From an uncultured Alphaproteobacteria bacterium (lineage in GTDB: Bacteria > Pseudomonadota > Alphaproteobacteria > Micropepsales > Micropepsaceae): DNA of 64,000 bases. The stretch lies in contig CAVVXX010000011.1 of NCBI GenBank assembly GCA_963752395.1, positions 728-64,727 of the forward strand, given 5' to 3'. Positions 8,115 through 16,811 of this stretch are shown piece by piece (position 1 is the stretch's first letter; each line of letters opens with the position of its first letter). A program made the translations under genes and the position numbers. The notes beneath the pieces were generated by a model. That model did not search any database and was not told the origin of the DNA. It saw only the letters and a list, made by a program, of their open reading frames with translations.

Positions 8115-9350
8115 ATGAACCGCGCGGTAACCACCGGCCTTCCCGTCACGCTGCAGGACATTCAGGCGGCGGCGGCGGTCATAGCGAGCGCGGTTTCGCC
8201 TACGCCCGCGCATCATTCGCGCACGCTGTCGCAGATAGCTGGCTGTGAAATCTTTCTCAAATTCGAGAATTTGCATTTCACCGCCTCGTTCAAGGAGCGC
8301 GGCGCGCTGAACAAGCTGTCGTCGCTGACCGATGCCGAGCGCAAGCGGGGCATCGTGGCCTGTTCGGCCGGCAATCATGCGCAGGGCGTGGCCTACCACG
8401 CAGGGCGGCTGAAAATCCCCGCCACCATCGTCATGCCGGAAGGCACGCCTTTTAATAAGGTCAAGCACACGCGCGATTTCGGCGCGACGGTGGAATTGCG
8501 CGGCGCCAATTTTCACGAAGCCGTGGCGGCCGCGCACGCGCTTGTTACCGAGCGCAATCTGGTCATGGTGCATCCCTTCGATGATCCCAAGATCATCGCG
8601 GGGCAGGGAACGCTGGCGCTGGAATTCCTGGCCCAGGCGCCCGAGATCGACACGCTGGTGATCCCCATCGGCGGCGGCGGCCTTATCTCCGGCAATTCCA
8701 TCGCGGCCAAGGCGCTCAAGCCCGATATCACCATCTACGGCGTGCAGACCAAGTACTACCCGTCCATGTACGGCGCCGTGAAAGGCGAGAAGGTCACCTG
8801 CGGCGGGCAAAGCATCGCCGAAGGCATTGCGGTCAAGGAGCCCGGCCACATCACGCGCTCCATCATCGAGAAGCTGGTCACGGACATCCTGTTGGTGAGC
8901 GAATCCGAGATCGAGCGCGCAATCGTCACGCTCTTGGAAGTGGAAAAGACCGTGGCGGAAGGGGCGGGCGCCGCCGCTTTCGCCGCCGTGCTGGCCAACC
9001 GCAAGAAATTCCACGGCCATAAGGTCGGCGTCGTCATTTCGGGCGGCAATATCGACATGCGGTTGCTGTCGAATGTGATCCTGCGCGAGCTTGGCCGCGA
9101 GGGCCGCATCCAGTCGCTCGTCATCAATATCGAGGACCGGCCGGGGTTACTCGCCCGCATAGCGACGATCGTCAGTGAGGCGGGCGGGAATATTCTCGAT
9201 GTTTCGCACAACCGCCTGTTCAACAATCTCTCGGCGCGCTCGGCGGAACTGGGCATCGTGATCGAGGCGCGCGACGTGGCCCATGCGGGCGATATCCGCA
9301 AGATGCTGGAAGAAGCGGGCTTCACCGTGCGCGAGCAGAAGCCGGGTTAG
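8115..9350 (+). CDS. ilvA: Threonine ammonia-lyase (threonine dehydratase), short form with one C-terminal ACT-like domain
   Basis: 411-aa ORF with the PLP lysine motif FENLHFTASFKERGA, then AGNHAQGVAYHA and GGGGLISG, plus a regulatory C-terminal domain. Confidence 0.85.
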   Translation: MNRAVTTGLPVTLQDIQAAAAVIASAVSPTPAHHSRTLSQIAGCEIFLKFENLHFTASFKERGALNKLSSLTDAERKRGIVACSAGNHAQGVAYHAGRLKIPATIVMPEGTPFNKVKHTRDFGATVELRGANFHEAVAAAHALVTERNLVMVHPFDDPKIIAGQGTLALEFLAQAPEIDTLVIPIGGGGLISGNSIAAKALKPDITIYGVQTKYYPSMYGAVKGEKVTCGGQSIAEGIAVKEPGHITRSIIEKLVTDILLVSESEIERAIVTLLEVEKTVAEGAGAAAFAAVLANRKKFHGHKVGVVISGGNIDMRLLSNVILRELGREGRIQSLVINIEDRPGLLARIATIVSEAGGNILDVSHNRLFNNLSARSAELGIVIEARDVAHAGDIRKMLEEAGFTVREQKPG

Positions 9351-9781
9351 CGCGAAAATTTTTCCGATAAGATTATCGATGAATCCGTGCGCGCCACGCC
9401 AGTGGCACGGCCGATGCGGTCCAGCACCGTATCCATCTGGGCAGTAGTGTCGGTTTCGACAATTGCGATCATGTCATGCGTACCTGCCACCGCCGACAGC
9501 GAGCGCACCTCAGGCATTTTTTTCAGCTCCGTGGTGACGCGGTCGCCCAGCTTGGGATCGGCGCTGATCATCACATGGGCCCGGATGCGGTGGCGCTCTG
9601 CTTCTTCGCCCAGCACAATGGTGTAGCCCTTGATCCGCTTTTCGCGTTCCAGCCGCTCGATGCGCTCCTGCACGCTGGAGCGCGCGCGGCCCAATTTGCG
9701 GGCCAGCGAGGCGATGGGCTCGCGCGCGTTGGCGCGCAGCAGCCCGATCAGTTCGGCATCCTTGTCGCCATGGCTGGCCAT
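9347..9781 (-). CDS. Lrp/AsnC family transcriptional regulator
   Basis: 144-aa ORF with an HTH (ELIGLLRANAREPIASLARKLGRARSSVQERIERLE) followed by an RAM/AsnC_trans_reg domain. Confidence 0.9.
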   Translation of the reverse strand: MASHGDKDAELIGLLRANAREPIASLARKLGRARSSVQERIERLEREKRIKGYTIVLGEEAERHRIRAHVMISADPKLGDRVTTELKKMPEVRSLSAVAGTHDMIAIVETDTTAQMDTVLDRIGRATGVARTDSSIILSEKFSR

Positions 9782-9909
9782 GAGAAATCCGTTATTACGA
9801 CGGTAATTCCGTCAATTCGCCGGAAGATATCGCCAGTTCCGACGGTTTGGCAACTACCATCCGCCGGGTTGTGACGCTACGCAAGCGGGCGTTTTGCAGG
9901 AATGGGCGG

Positions 9910-10981
9910 ATGAAAAAAGTCATTCTGGTCGGCGGCGGCAAGATCGGCATCGCCATTGCCGAGCTTTTGGGCGGTACCGGCGATTACAAGCTCACAGTGG
10001 TTGATCGCGACGCGGCATCGCTTGCGCGCATGCCCAAAGCCAACGTCACCACCAAGGTGGTCGAGCTCAAGGACGCCGACACATTCGCCAAGGAGATCGA
10101 AGGCCACGACATCGTATTGTCGGCCACGCCCTACACGCTCAACCCGATCATCGGCGCCGCCGCGAAGACGGCCCGCGCGCACTACCTCGATCTCACCGAA
10201 GACGTGGCCAGCACGCGCGCGATCAAGGATCTGGCCAAAAGCTCCGACACCGCCTTCATCCCGCAATGCGGCCTGGCGCCCGGCTTCATTTCCATTGTCG
10301 CGGCCGATCTCGCCGCCAAGTTCGACAAGCTGCGCGATGTGAACATGCGCGTGGGCGCGCTGCCGGTGTTTCCCACCAACGCGCTCAAATACAATCTCAC
10401 CTGGTCCACCGACGGGCTGATCAACGAATATTGCAACCCGTGCGAAGCCATCCGCGACGGCCGCTTCGTGCGAAGTGCCGGCGCTGGAAGAGATCGAGCA
10501 TTTCTCACTCGACGGCATCGAATACGAAGCCTTCAACACTTCGGGCGGGCTCGGCACGCTGTGCGAAACGTTGGAAGGCAAGGTCGAGAACCTGAACTAC
10601 AAAACTGCGCGCTATCCGGGCCACCGCGACATCATCAAACTATTGGTGCGCGACCTTCGCCTTGGCGAGCGCCGCGACATCATGAAGGACGTGTTCGAAA
10701 CGGCACTCCCCATCACCTATCAGGACGTGGTGCTGATCTTCGTCACCGTGTCCGGCTGGCGCGACGGCCGGCTGACGCAGGAAACCTACGCCAAGAAAAT
10801 CTACGCCCAGAACGTGGGCAGCCGCCTGATGAGCGCGATCCAGATCACCACAGCGTCCGGCATCTGCGCCATGTGCGATCTGCTGGTGGAGGGCAAGCTG
10901 CCGGCCAAAGGCTTCGTGCGTCAGGAAGAGACCAAGCTTTCCGATTTCCTCGCCAACCGCTTCGGGCGCTATTACGCTTAA
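9910..10981 (+). pseudogene. Saccharopine dehydrogenase family enzyme (lysine 6-dehydrogenase-like), frameshifted
   Basis: The N-terminal part MKKVILVGGGKIGIAIAELL...NEYCNPCEAIRDGRFV is in the frame of ORF 9847-11001. The C-terminal part VPALEEIEHFSLDGIEYEAFNTSGGLG...ANRFGRYYA is in the frame of ORF 10475-10981. One extra C at about 10471 (GTG-c-GAAGTGCCG) explains the switch. Confidence 0.8.
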
Positions 10982-10985
10982 GTCC

Positions 10986-12485
10986 ATGGAGGCGACGATG
11001 AACGCGGCCGACATCCTGAAACGCTTTGGTGCCCGTGTGCCTTCGGGTGAGCACGTGGTGCGTTCGCCGATAGATGGCGTCGAAATGGCGCGCATCGCTT
11101 ACGACGACGCGCGCGTCATCGATACCAAGATCAAGGCGAGCGTGGACGCGTTCCACGCCTGGCGAAAAGTGCCTGCGCCTAGGCGCGGCGAGCTGATGCG
11201 GCTCTTGGGCGAAGAACTGCGCAAGGAAAAAGAAACGCTGGGCCTTCTTGTCACGCTCGAAGCCGGAAAAATTCTTCAGGAGGGCCTCGGCGAAGTACAA
11301 GAGATGATCGACATCTGCGATTTTGCGGTCGGCCTGTCACGCCAGCTTTATGGCCTGGTTATTTCGTCTGAACGTCCAGCCCACAAGATGACAGAGACCT
11401 GGCATCCGGCGGGGCCTGTCGCCGTTATCAGCGCCTTCAATTTCCCTGTGGCGGTTTGGGCATGGAATGCGGCGCTTGGTTTTGTCTGCGGGGATTCCGT
11501 CATCTGGAAGCCGTCCGAGAAAACGCCGCTTACCGCGCTCGCGGTGGAGGCCCTGTTTAGCCGCGCGGCAAAGCAGTTCGGCGATGCGCCGGCAGGCCTG
11601 ATGCAGGTCGTGCTAGGCGCGCGTGAGGCGGGCGAGCAACTGGCCAAAGACCCGCGCATCCCCATCGTCAGCGCCACCGGCTCCACGCGCATGGGCCGCG
11701 CGCTCGGGCCAACGGTTGCCGGGCGTTTCGGCCGTTCCATTCTCGAGCTTGGCGGCAACAATGCGATGATCGTGGCGCCATCCGCCGATCTCGAACTCGC
11801 TTCTCGCGCCATCACCTTTTCCGCCGTTGGCACGGCCGGCCAGCGTTGCACCAGCCTGCGCCGCCTGATCGCGCATGAAAGCGTCAAAGACAAAGTTCTG
11901 GAAAAACTGAAGTCGGTTTACGAGCGCCTGCCCATCGGCGATCCGCGCGAACAGGGAACGCTGATCGGCCCGCTGATCGATGAGGCAGCCTTCGCCAATA
12001 TGGAAAAGTCGCTGGCGCGCGCCCGTGCCGAGGGCGGCAAGGTGTTCGGCGGTGGCCGCGCGCTCGCCAATCAATTTCCCGACGCACATTACGCGCACCC
12101 GGCAATCGTCGAAATGCCGTCGCAGACCGATGTGGTGCGCGAGGAAACCTTCGCGCCCATTCTTTACGTGCTGACCTACAAGAAATTCGATGACGCCATG
12201 GCGTTGCACAATGCCGTGCCGCAGGGCCTATCGTCCTGTATTTTCACGCGCGATCTTCAGGAGGCCGAGCGCTTTCTCTCGGTCGCGGGTTCCGATTGCG
12301 GCATCGCCAATGTGAATATCGGACCAAGCGGCGCCGAAATCGGCGGCGCGTTTGGCGGCGAAAAGGACACCGGCGGCGGTCGGGAATCCGGCTCGGACGC
12401 CTGGAAGGGCTATATGCGCCGCCAGACGGCCACCATCAATTACTCCGACCAGCTGCCACTCGCCCAGGGCATCAAATTCGAATAA
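10986..12485 (+). CDS. ALDH7-type aldehyde dehydrogenase (alpha-aminoadipic semialdehyde / piperideine-6-carboxylate dehydrogenase-like)
   Basis: 499-aa ORF with ELGGNNAMIV, GTAGQRCTSLRR and the ALDH7-typical C-terminus GAEIGGAFGGEKDTGGGRESGSDAWKGYMRR. Confidence 0.85.
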   Translation: MEATMNAADILKRFGARVPSGEHVVRSPIDGVEMARIAYDDARVIDTKIKASVDAFHAWRKVPAPRRGELMRLLGEELRKEKETLGLLVTLEAGKILQEGLGEVQEMIDICDFAVGLSRQLYGLVISSERPAHKMTETWHPAGPVAVISAFNFPVAVWAWNAALGFVCGDSVIWKPSEKTPLTALAVEALFSRAAKQFGDAPAGLMQVVLGAREAGEQLAKDPRIPIVSATGSTRMGRALGPTVAGRFGRSILELGGNNAMIVAPSADLELASRAITFSAVGTAGQRCTSLRRLIAHESVKDKVLEKLKSVYERLPIGDPREQGTLIGPLIDEAAFANMEKSLARARAEGGKVFGGGRALANQFPDAHYAHPAIVEMPSQTDVVREETFAPILYVLTYKKFDDAMALHNAVPQGLSSCIFTRDLQEAERFLSVAGSDCGIANVNIGPSGAEIGGAFGGEKDTGGGRESGSDAWKGYMRRQTATINYSDQLPLAQGIKFE

Positions 12486-12512
12486 GATATTTTGTCTTTC
12501 CGGGAGAATGCC

Positions 12513-13010
12513 GTGAGCAACGCAACTTTGCGCAATGTCTTCGTAGCAGCGCTGATAATTTCGGCTGGGACAATGGCCGCCAATACCTGCTTCGCCGCCG
12601 GGCAAACCGCCGAAGCATTCCTCAATGGCATCTATGCGCATTACAAAGGCGATCCCAAGAAAGCGCACGGCATCTATATCGATAAAGAAGCGGAGATCCG
12701 GCGCTACTTCGAGCCGGCGCTCGCCGATCTGATCATCAAGGACGACGAAGCCGCGGCAAAAGTCGGCGACATTCCCAATCTAGACGGCGATCCGTTCGTC
12801 GATGCGCAGGAATGGGACATCAAGTCCTTCGACATCAAGGTCGAGCATCAAGGCGATGACAAGGCGACTGCGACGGTAAAGTTCAAGAACTTTAACGATG
12901 CGAAACTGCTGCACGTCGATCTGGTGCGCCTGAAAGACGAATGGAAGATTTCCGACATCATTTGGAACGGCGATGAAGGTTCCTTCCGGGCGCTCTATAC
13001 GAAGAAATAG
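12513..13010 (+). CDS. DUF3828-like exported protein
   Basis: The ORF is 12492-13010. GTG at 12513 follows GGGAGA. A signal peptide (VFVAALIISAGTMAANTCFAAG) is followed by FLNGIYAHY...DGDPFVDAQEWD, which resembles the DUF3828 motif. Confidence 0.55.
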   Translation: MSNATLRNVFVAALIISAGTMAANTCFAAGQTAEAFLNGIYAHYKGDPKKAHGIYIDKEAEIRRYFEPALADLIIKDDEAAAKVGDIPNLDGDPFVDAQEWDIKSFDIKVEHQGDDKATATVKFKNFNDAKLLHVDLVRLKDEWKISDIIWNGDEGSFRALYTKK

Positions 13011-13102
13011 CGGCGGCCCGCGGCTGTTAACCCATCTTTAAGCATAGGCTTCGGCGCAACCTCTGCCCGCCCTAGGCTTGCCCCCGGGAATGAGGGGAAG
13101 CC

Positions 13103-13291
13103 ATGCCGCGCTTCAATTTCGCGCAATGGGTTGGCATCGCAGTCACGGTGATCGTGGTCTTGGGAAACGACCTCGACGTCGTCTATGCGGTGCCGCTTGG
13201 GCTGTTTGCCAGCACGCTGGCGACGCTGTTTTCCCAGCTTCCCGACCTGCGAATTCCCCGCCTGCGTTTCGCCCGCATCCGCCGCTCATAG
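13103..13291 (+). CDS. Hypothetical 62-aa membrane peptide
   Basis: ATG is preceded by GAGGGG and there are two hydrophobic segments. No family is recognised, and it could be non-coding. Confidence 0.35.
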   Translation: MPRFNFAQWVGIAVTVIVVLGNDLDVVYAVPLGLFASTLATLFSQLPDLRIPRLRFARIRRS

Positions 13292-13297
13292 ATCCAA

Positions 13298-13416
13298 CTC
13301 GTCATGGCCGCGCTTGACGCGGCCATCCATCGCGCTCGCGCACGCTAGCGCAAAAGACTCATTGGCTCGCAAGGCTCGCCAGATGGATGGCCGGCTCATA
13401 GGCCGGCCATGACGAG
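13298..13416. repeat. MITE-like palindromic repeat, family 1, copy A
   Basis: It has a perfect 12-bp terminal inverted repeat CTCGTCATGGCC / GGCCATGACGAG, and each end forms its own hairpin. It is about 80% identical by eye to 30396-30513. Confidence 0.75.
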
Positions 13417-13459
13417 GTGAATACTAGTCATAGACACTGTCATTGCAGCGCGTTAGCAA

Positions 13460-13927
13460 ATGCTCATGTCGAACGCCGTTCTTCGTTTTTTCCAGCATGT
13501 GCGCGCGGCAGCGCGCGGGATGATCGCGCCCGTCTCGCTCGGCGCGCGCGCGATTGTGCTCGATACGTCGGGCCGCGTGGCTCTCGTGCGGCACACTTAT
13601 GTCGGCGGCTGGCATCTGCCGGGGGGCGGTGTCGATCGCGGCGAGACCAGCGCCGACGCGCTGATGCGCGAGCTGCGAGAAGAAGTCTGCCTCGTCAAAT
13701 CATCGCCGCCAGAATTGTTCGGCCTCTATCTCAGGCGCGCGGGGCGGTGGAGCGATCACATCGCGCTTTATGTCGTGCGCGACGTCGAACTTAACTTCCG
13801 GCCCAATCACGAGATCGCCGAAATCCAGTTTGCAGAACCGGCGGCGTTGCCGGACGGCACCTCGGAAGGCACCAAACGCCGGCTCGCGGAATTTGCGGGC
13901 CGCGCGGCCCGCGCCACGATGTGGTAG
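13460..13927 (+). CDS. NUDIX hydrolase
   Basis: 155-aa ORF with the Nudix box GGGVDRGETSADALMRELREEV. Confidence 0.85.
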   Translation: MLMSNAVLRFFQHVRAAARGMIAPVSLGARAIVLDTSGRVALVRHTYVGGWHLPGGGVDRGETSADALMRELREEVCLVKSSPPELFGLYLRRAGRWSDHIALYVVRDVELNFRPNHEIAEIQFAEPAALPDGTSEGTKRRLAEFAGRAARATMW

Positions 13928-13937
13928 GAATCCGGAA

Positions 13938-14477
13938 ATGAGCGGCGCTACGTGGCAAATCAGGGCAGAGCGGGGCGAGGACGCCGCGCAGATAGAAGCG
14001 CTGGTAACGCTTTGCTTCGGCAGCGGCCGTTTCGCCAAGACTGTCTATCGCCTGCGCGAGGGCGTGAAGGCCGACGCACGGCTTTGTTTCGGTGCTGAAG
14101 AGAACAAGAAATTGCTGGGCGCGGTGCGCTTCTGGCCCATCATGGTCTGCGCTGAGCGCTCGCTGCTGTTGGGCCCGCTTGCAGTACAGCCCCAATTGCG
14201 GGGCAAGGGCATTGGCATTGCGCTAATGCAGAAGGGCATCGAAGAAGCGCGCAAGCTCGGCTTTACCAGCATCATTCTGGTCGGCGATGAATCCTATTAC
14301 AGCCGCGTTGGCTTCGCGCGGCTGAAGCCGGACCAAGTGAGTTTTCCAGGGCCAGTGAATCCGGAGCGCATTCTGGGCCTGGCGCTACAGCCCGGCGCGC
14401 TTGAAAAACTCGCAGGCGCAGTGGCGCGAGCCCAAATCGATGAGCCCGTGTCCGCCAACGCGACGCCGCTGGGATAG
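13938..14477 (+). CDS. GNAT family N-acetyltransferase
   Basis: The ATG at 13938 lies within ORF 13770-14477. LGPLAVQPQLRGKGIGIALMQKGIEEARKLGFTSIILVGDESYYSRVGF is the acetyl-CoA binding motif region. Confidence 0.8.
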   Translation: MSGATWQIRAERGEDAAQIEALVTLCFGSGRFAKTVYRLREGVKADARLCFGAEENKKLLGAVRFWPIMVCAERSLLLGPLAVQPQLRGKGIGIALMQKGIEEARKLGFTSIILVGDESYYSRVGFARLKPDQVSFPGPVNPERILGLALQPGALEKLAGAVARAQIDEPVSANATPLG

Positions 14478-14490
14478 TTTTCAGCGAACC

Positions 14491-14694
14491 CTAGTTCGGG
14501 GCAGGCTTGTAAGTCGTGCCGTCAGGCCGGGTGCAAACGCCCTTGGCGGCGTCCCAGGTATCGCCTTGCGCGCAAGGATTGGCCGGAGTTGTCACCGAGC
14601 CCGGCGTGCCTTTGCCTATGCCCGTACCGCTTCCGGCAAATGCCGGCGAGAGGAAAAGCGCGGTCACGGCCGCAGTCACGATTAATAAGCGCAT
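14491..14694 (-). CDS. Small secreted protein (hypothetical, 67 aa, 2 Cys)
   Basis: An internal Met of ORF 14491-14772 starts MRLLIVTAAVTALFLSPAFAGSG, a signal peptide. No family is recognised. Confidence 0.45.
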   Translation of the reverse strand: MRLLIVTAAVTALFLSPAFAGSGTGIGKGTPGSVTTPANPCAQGDTWDAAKGVCTRPDGTTYKPAPN

Positions 14695-14731
14695 GTTGGC
14701 CCCCTTTGTTCTAGCCGCAGCAAGCATAGCA

Positions 14732-16805
14732 TCAGCGGCCCTCCAATCGCCAAGCGAAAAGGATCGCGCCAATAAGAAGGGTCAGCGCGAGCCACGGCGG
14801 CAGCAGCGTTTCCTGCTCCACCGCGCTCACGCGATAGGCATTGCGGCGCGCGATGCCGATCCAGCCATCGCCCACGGCATTGCTGCCCGACTCCACCTGG
14901 CGCAACGCGGGCAACCCGTCTTTTATCCAGTTGATCGCGCCGCCGGCTTTCGCAGCATACGGTTTCAGGATCGCATCGGTCGCGCGCATGTCTGCGACCT
15001 CACGGGGGTTCAAAGGCCCCGCAGCGGCGATGGCGTTCAACGTGCCATCGGTCAGATGATAGAGACCGAGCTCGCTGGTTTTCACGTGACCGGTGAAGAC
15101 GCCGGCACTGGACGGGCCTAACGTCACATCGTCCGTATGTCCGGACGGCGCCGTCACCGTCACGATCGCGGGGCTCGCCGCCACGGTGCGGCGCGTGATT
15201 GCCATCTCGCCCCCGATGATCTGCGCTTGCAGACGTTCTTCTTCGAGATCGGGCTCCTTCATCAGCCAATGGGCGAGACGGCGCAGCAACTCTGCCTGCG
15301 GACCGCCGCCTTCGAAGCCGCGCGCCCATAGCCATGCCTGATCCGAAAGCAATTGCGCGACGCGGCCTTGATGCACACGATCGAGAACAAGCAACGGTTG
15401 TCCTTCGCCCGACATGACGGTGACACCGGCCAGCTTCTGCGTACCGATGACGCGAAACCAGCGGCCCCAGCTTGGTGGAACATTGTCGTGGTTTGCGCCT
15501 GCCAGTCCCTGCGTCACCGGGTGCGCGAGGCCTTCGGGCGTCACTTCGGGCTTGAATGGCTGTTGCACCACTTCGCCGGTCGGCTGCGCCGGAAGCACGG
15601 CGGCCAGCGGCGTGTGATAGATGCTGTCGGGTGCGGCAAGTTCAGGCCCCGATGAGACCAGCAACGCGCCGCCATTCTCGACATAGCGCGCGATGTTCTC
15701 GAAATAGGCCAACGGCAGGATGCCTTCGCGGCTGAAGCGGTCGAAGATCACCAGGTCGAACTGATCGAGTTTTTCGACAAACAATTCGCGCGTGGGAAAT
15801 GCGATCAGTGAAAGTTCCGATATCGGTACGGCGTCCTGCTTTTCCGGCGGGCGCAGGATGGTGAAATGCACCAGGTCGACGGAAGGGTCGGCCTTCAGCA
15901 GATTGCGCCATACACGCTCGCCCGCGTGCGGCTGACCCGACACCAGCAGCACGCGCAAGCGGTCACGGACGCCGTTGACCACGACAACGCTGCGGTTGTT
16001 CTGCAAGGTCTGCTCGACAGGGCCCGGGGTGGCCTCCAACTCGATCACGTTTTCGCCGCCATGGGCGATGGGAACGTCGATGGTCGTGTCTTTGCCGATG
16101 GGCACCGACTCCACGCCGCGCTCTTCGCCGTCGATGCTGATGTGGACGCGCGCGAGATTGCCTTCGCTGTCGCTGCGGCCGAAATCGTCGACGCGCAGAG
16201 CAATCTTCGCATTCTGCCCGACAATGCCGAAGCGCGCAGCGCGCATCACCGTGAGTTTGCGGTCCCGCTCGCCGGGCGCCCCGGTCAGCAAGACATGAAA
16301 CGGTGCTTTGAGGTTGAAGCCTTTGATCTCGGGTGCATCGTGAACCTCGCCGTCGGTAATGACGATAGCGCCCGCCACGCGGTCCGGCGGCACATCGGCC
16401 AGCGCGGAGTTCGAGCGATTGAAACAACGTCGTGCCTTCGTCGGCGCGCGTTTTCACTTCGGCCTCGCGGACATCGACGCCTTTGAGTTGCTTAAGGCGG
16501 CCACGCATCACCTCGAGCGCGTTCCCGGCGTCGGCATGGCGCGAGCCGATCTCTTGGCTTTGGCTGCGGTCGATAATCAGCGCCACCACGTCCGACAAGG
16601 GCTCGCGCGTTTCATGCACAATCAGCGGATTGGCGAGCGCCGCCATCACAATCAGGAAAGCCAGCCCGCGCGCCCAGGTCCCTCGCGCGCGCATGAAGAG
16701 GGAAACGGCGACGATGGCAAATGCCGCGCCGCCAATCAGCCAAAGCAGCACATCGGGCAAATGCGGGGCAAAAACGATTCCGGTGACAAGATTTTCGGCC
16801 GCCAT
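14732..16805 (-). pseudogene. Large membrane protein, fourth gene of the MoxR operon (RL3502-like), frameshifted
   Basis: The N-terminal part (ORF 15963-16805) is sensible up to ...TRADEGTTLFQSLEL. It continues as ALADVPPDRVAGAIVITDGEVHD... in ORF 14732-16393. One extra C at about 16405-16410 (CTC-c-GCGCTGGCC) explains the switch. There is a C-terminal TM helix. Confidence 0.75.
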
Positions 16806-16811
16806 TGGCGC

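Noticed and set aside
13420-13459. A possible extra partial MITE copy (TAGTCATAGACACTGTCATTGCAGCGCG).
   Set aside because: It shares only the TGTCAT hexamer with the repeat termini, and there is no matching inverted end nearby. The similarity is too short to call.
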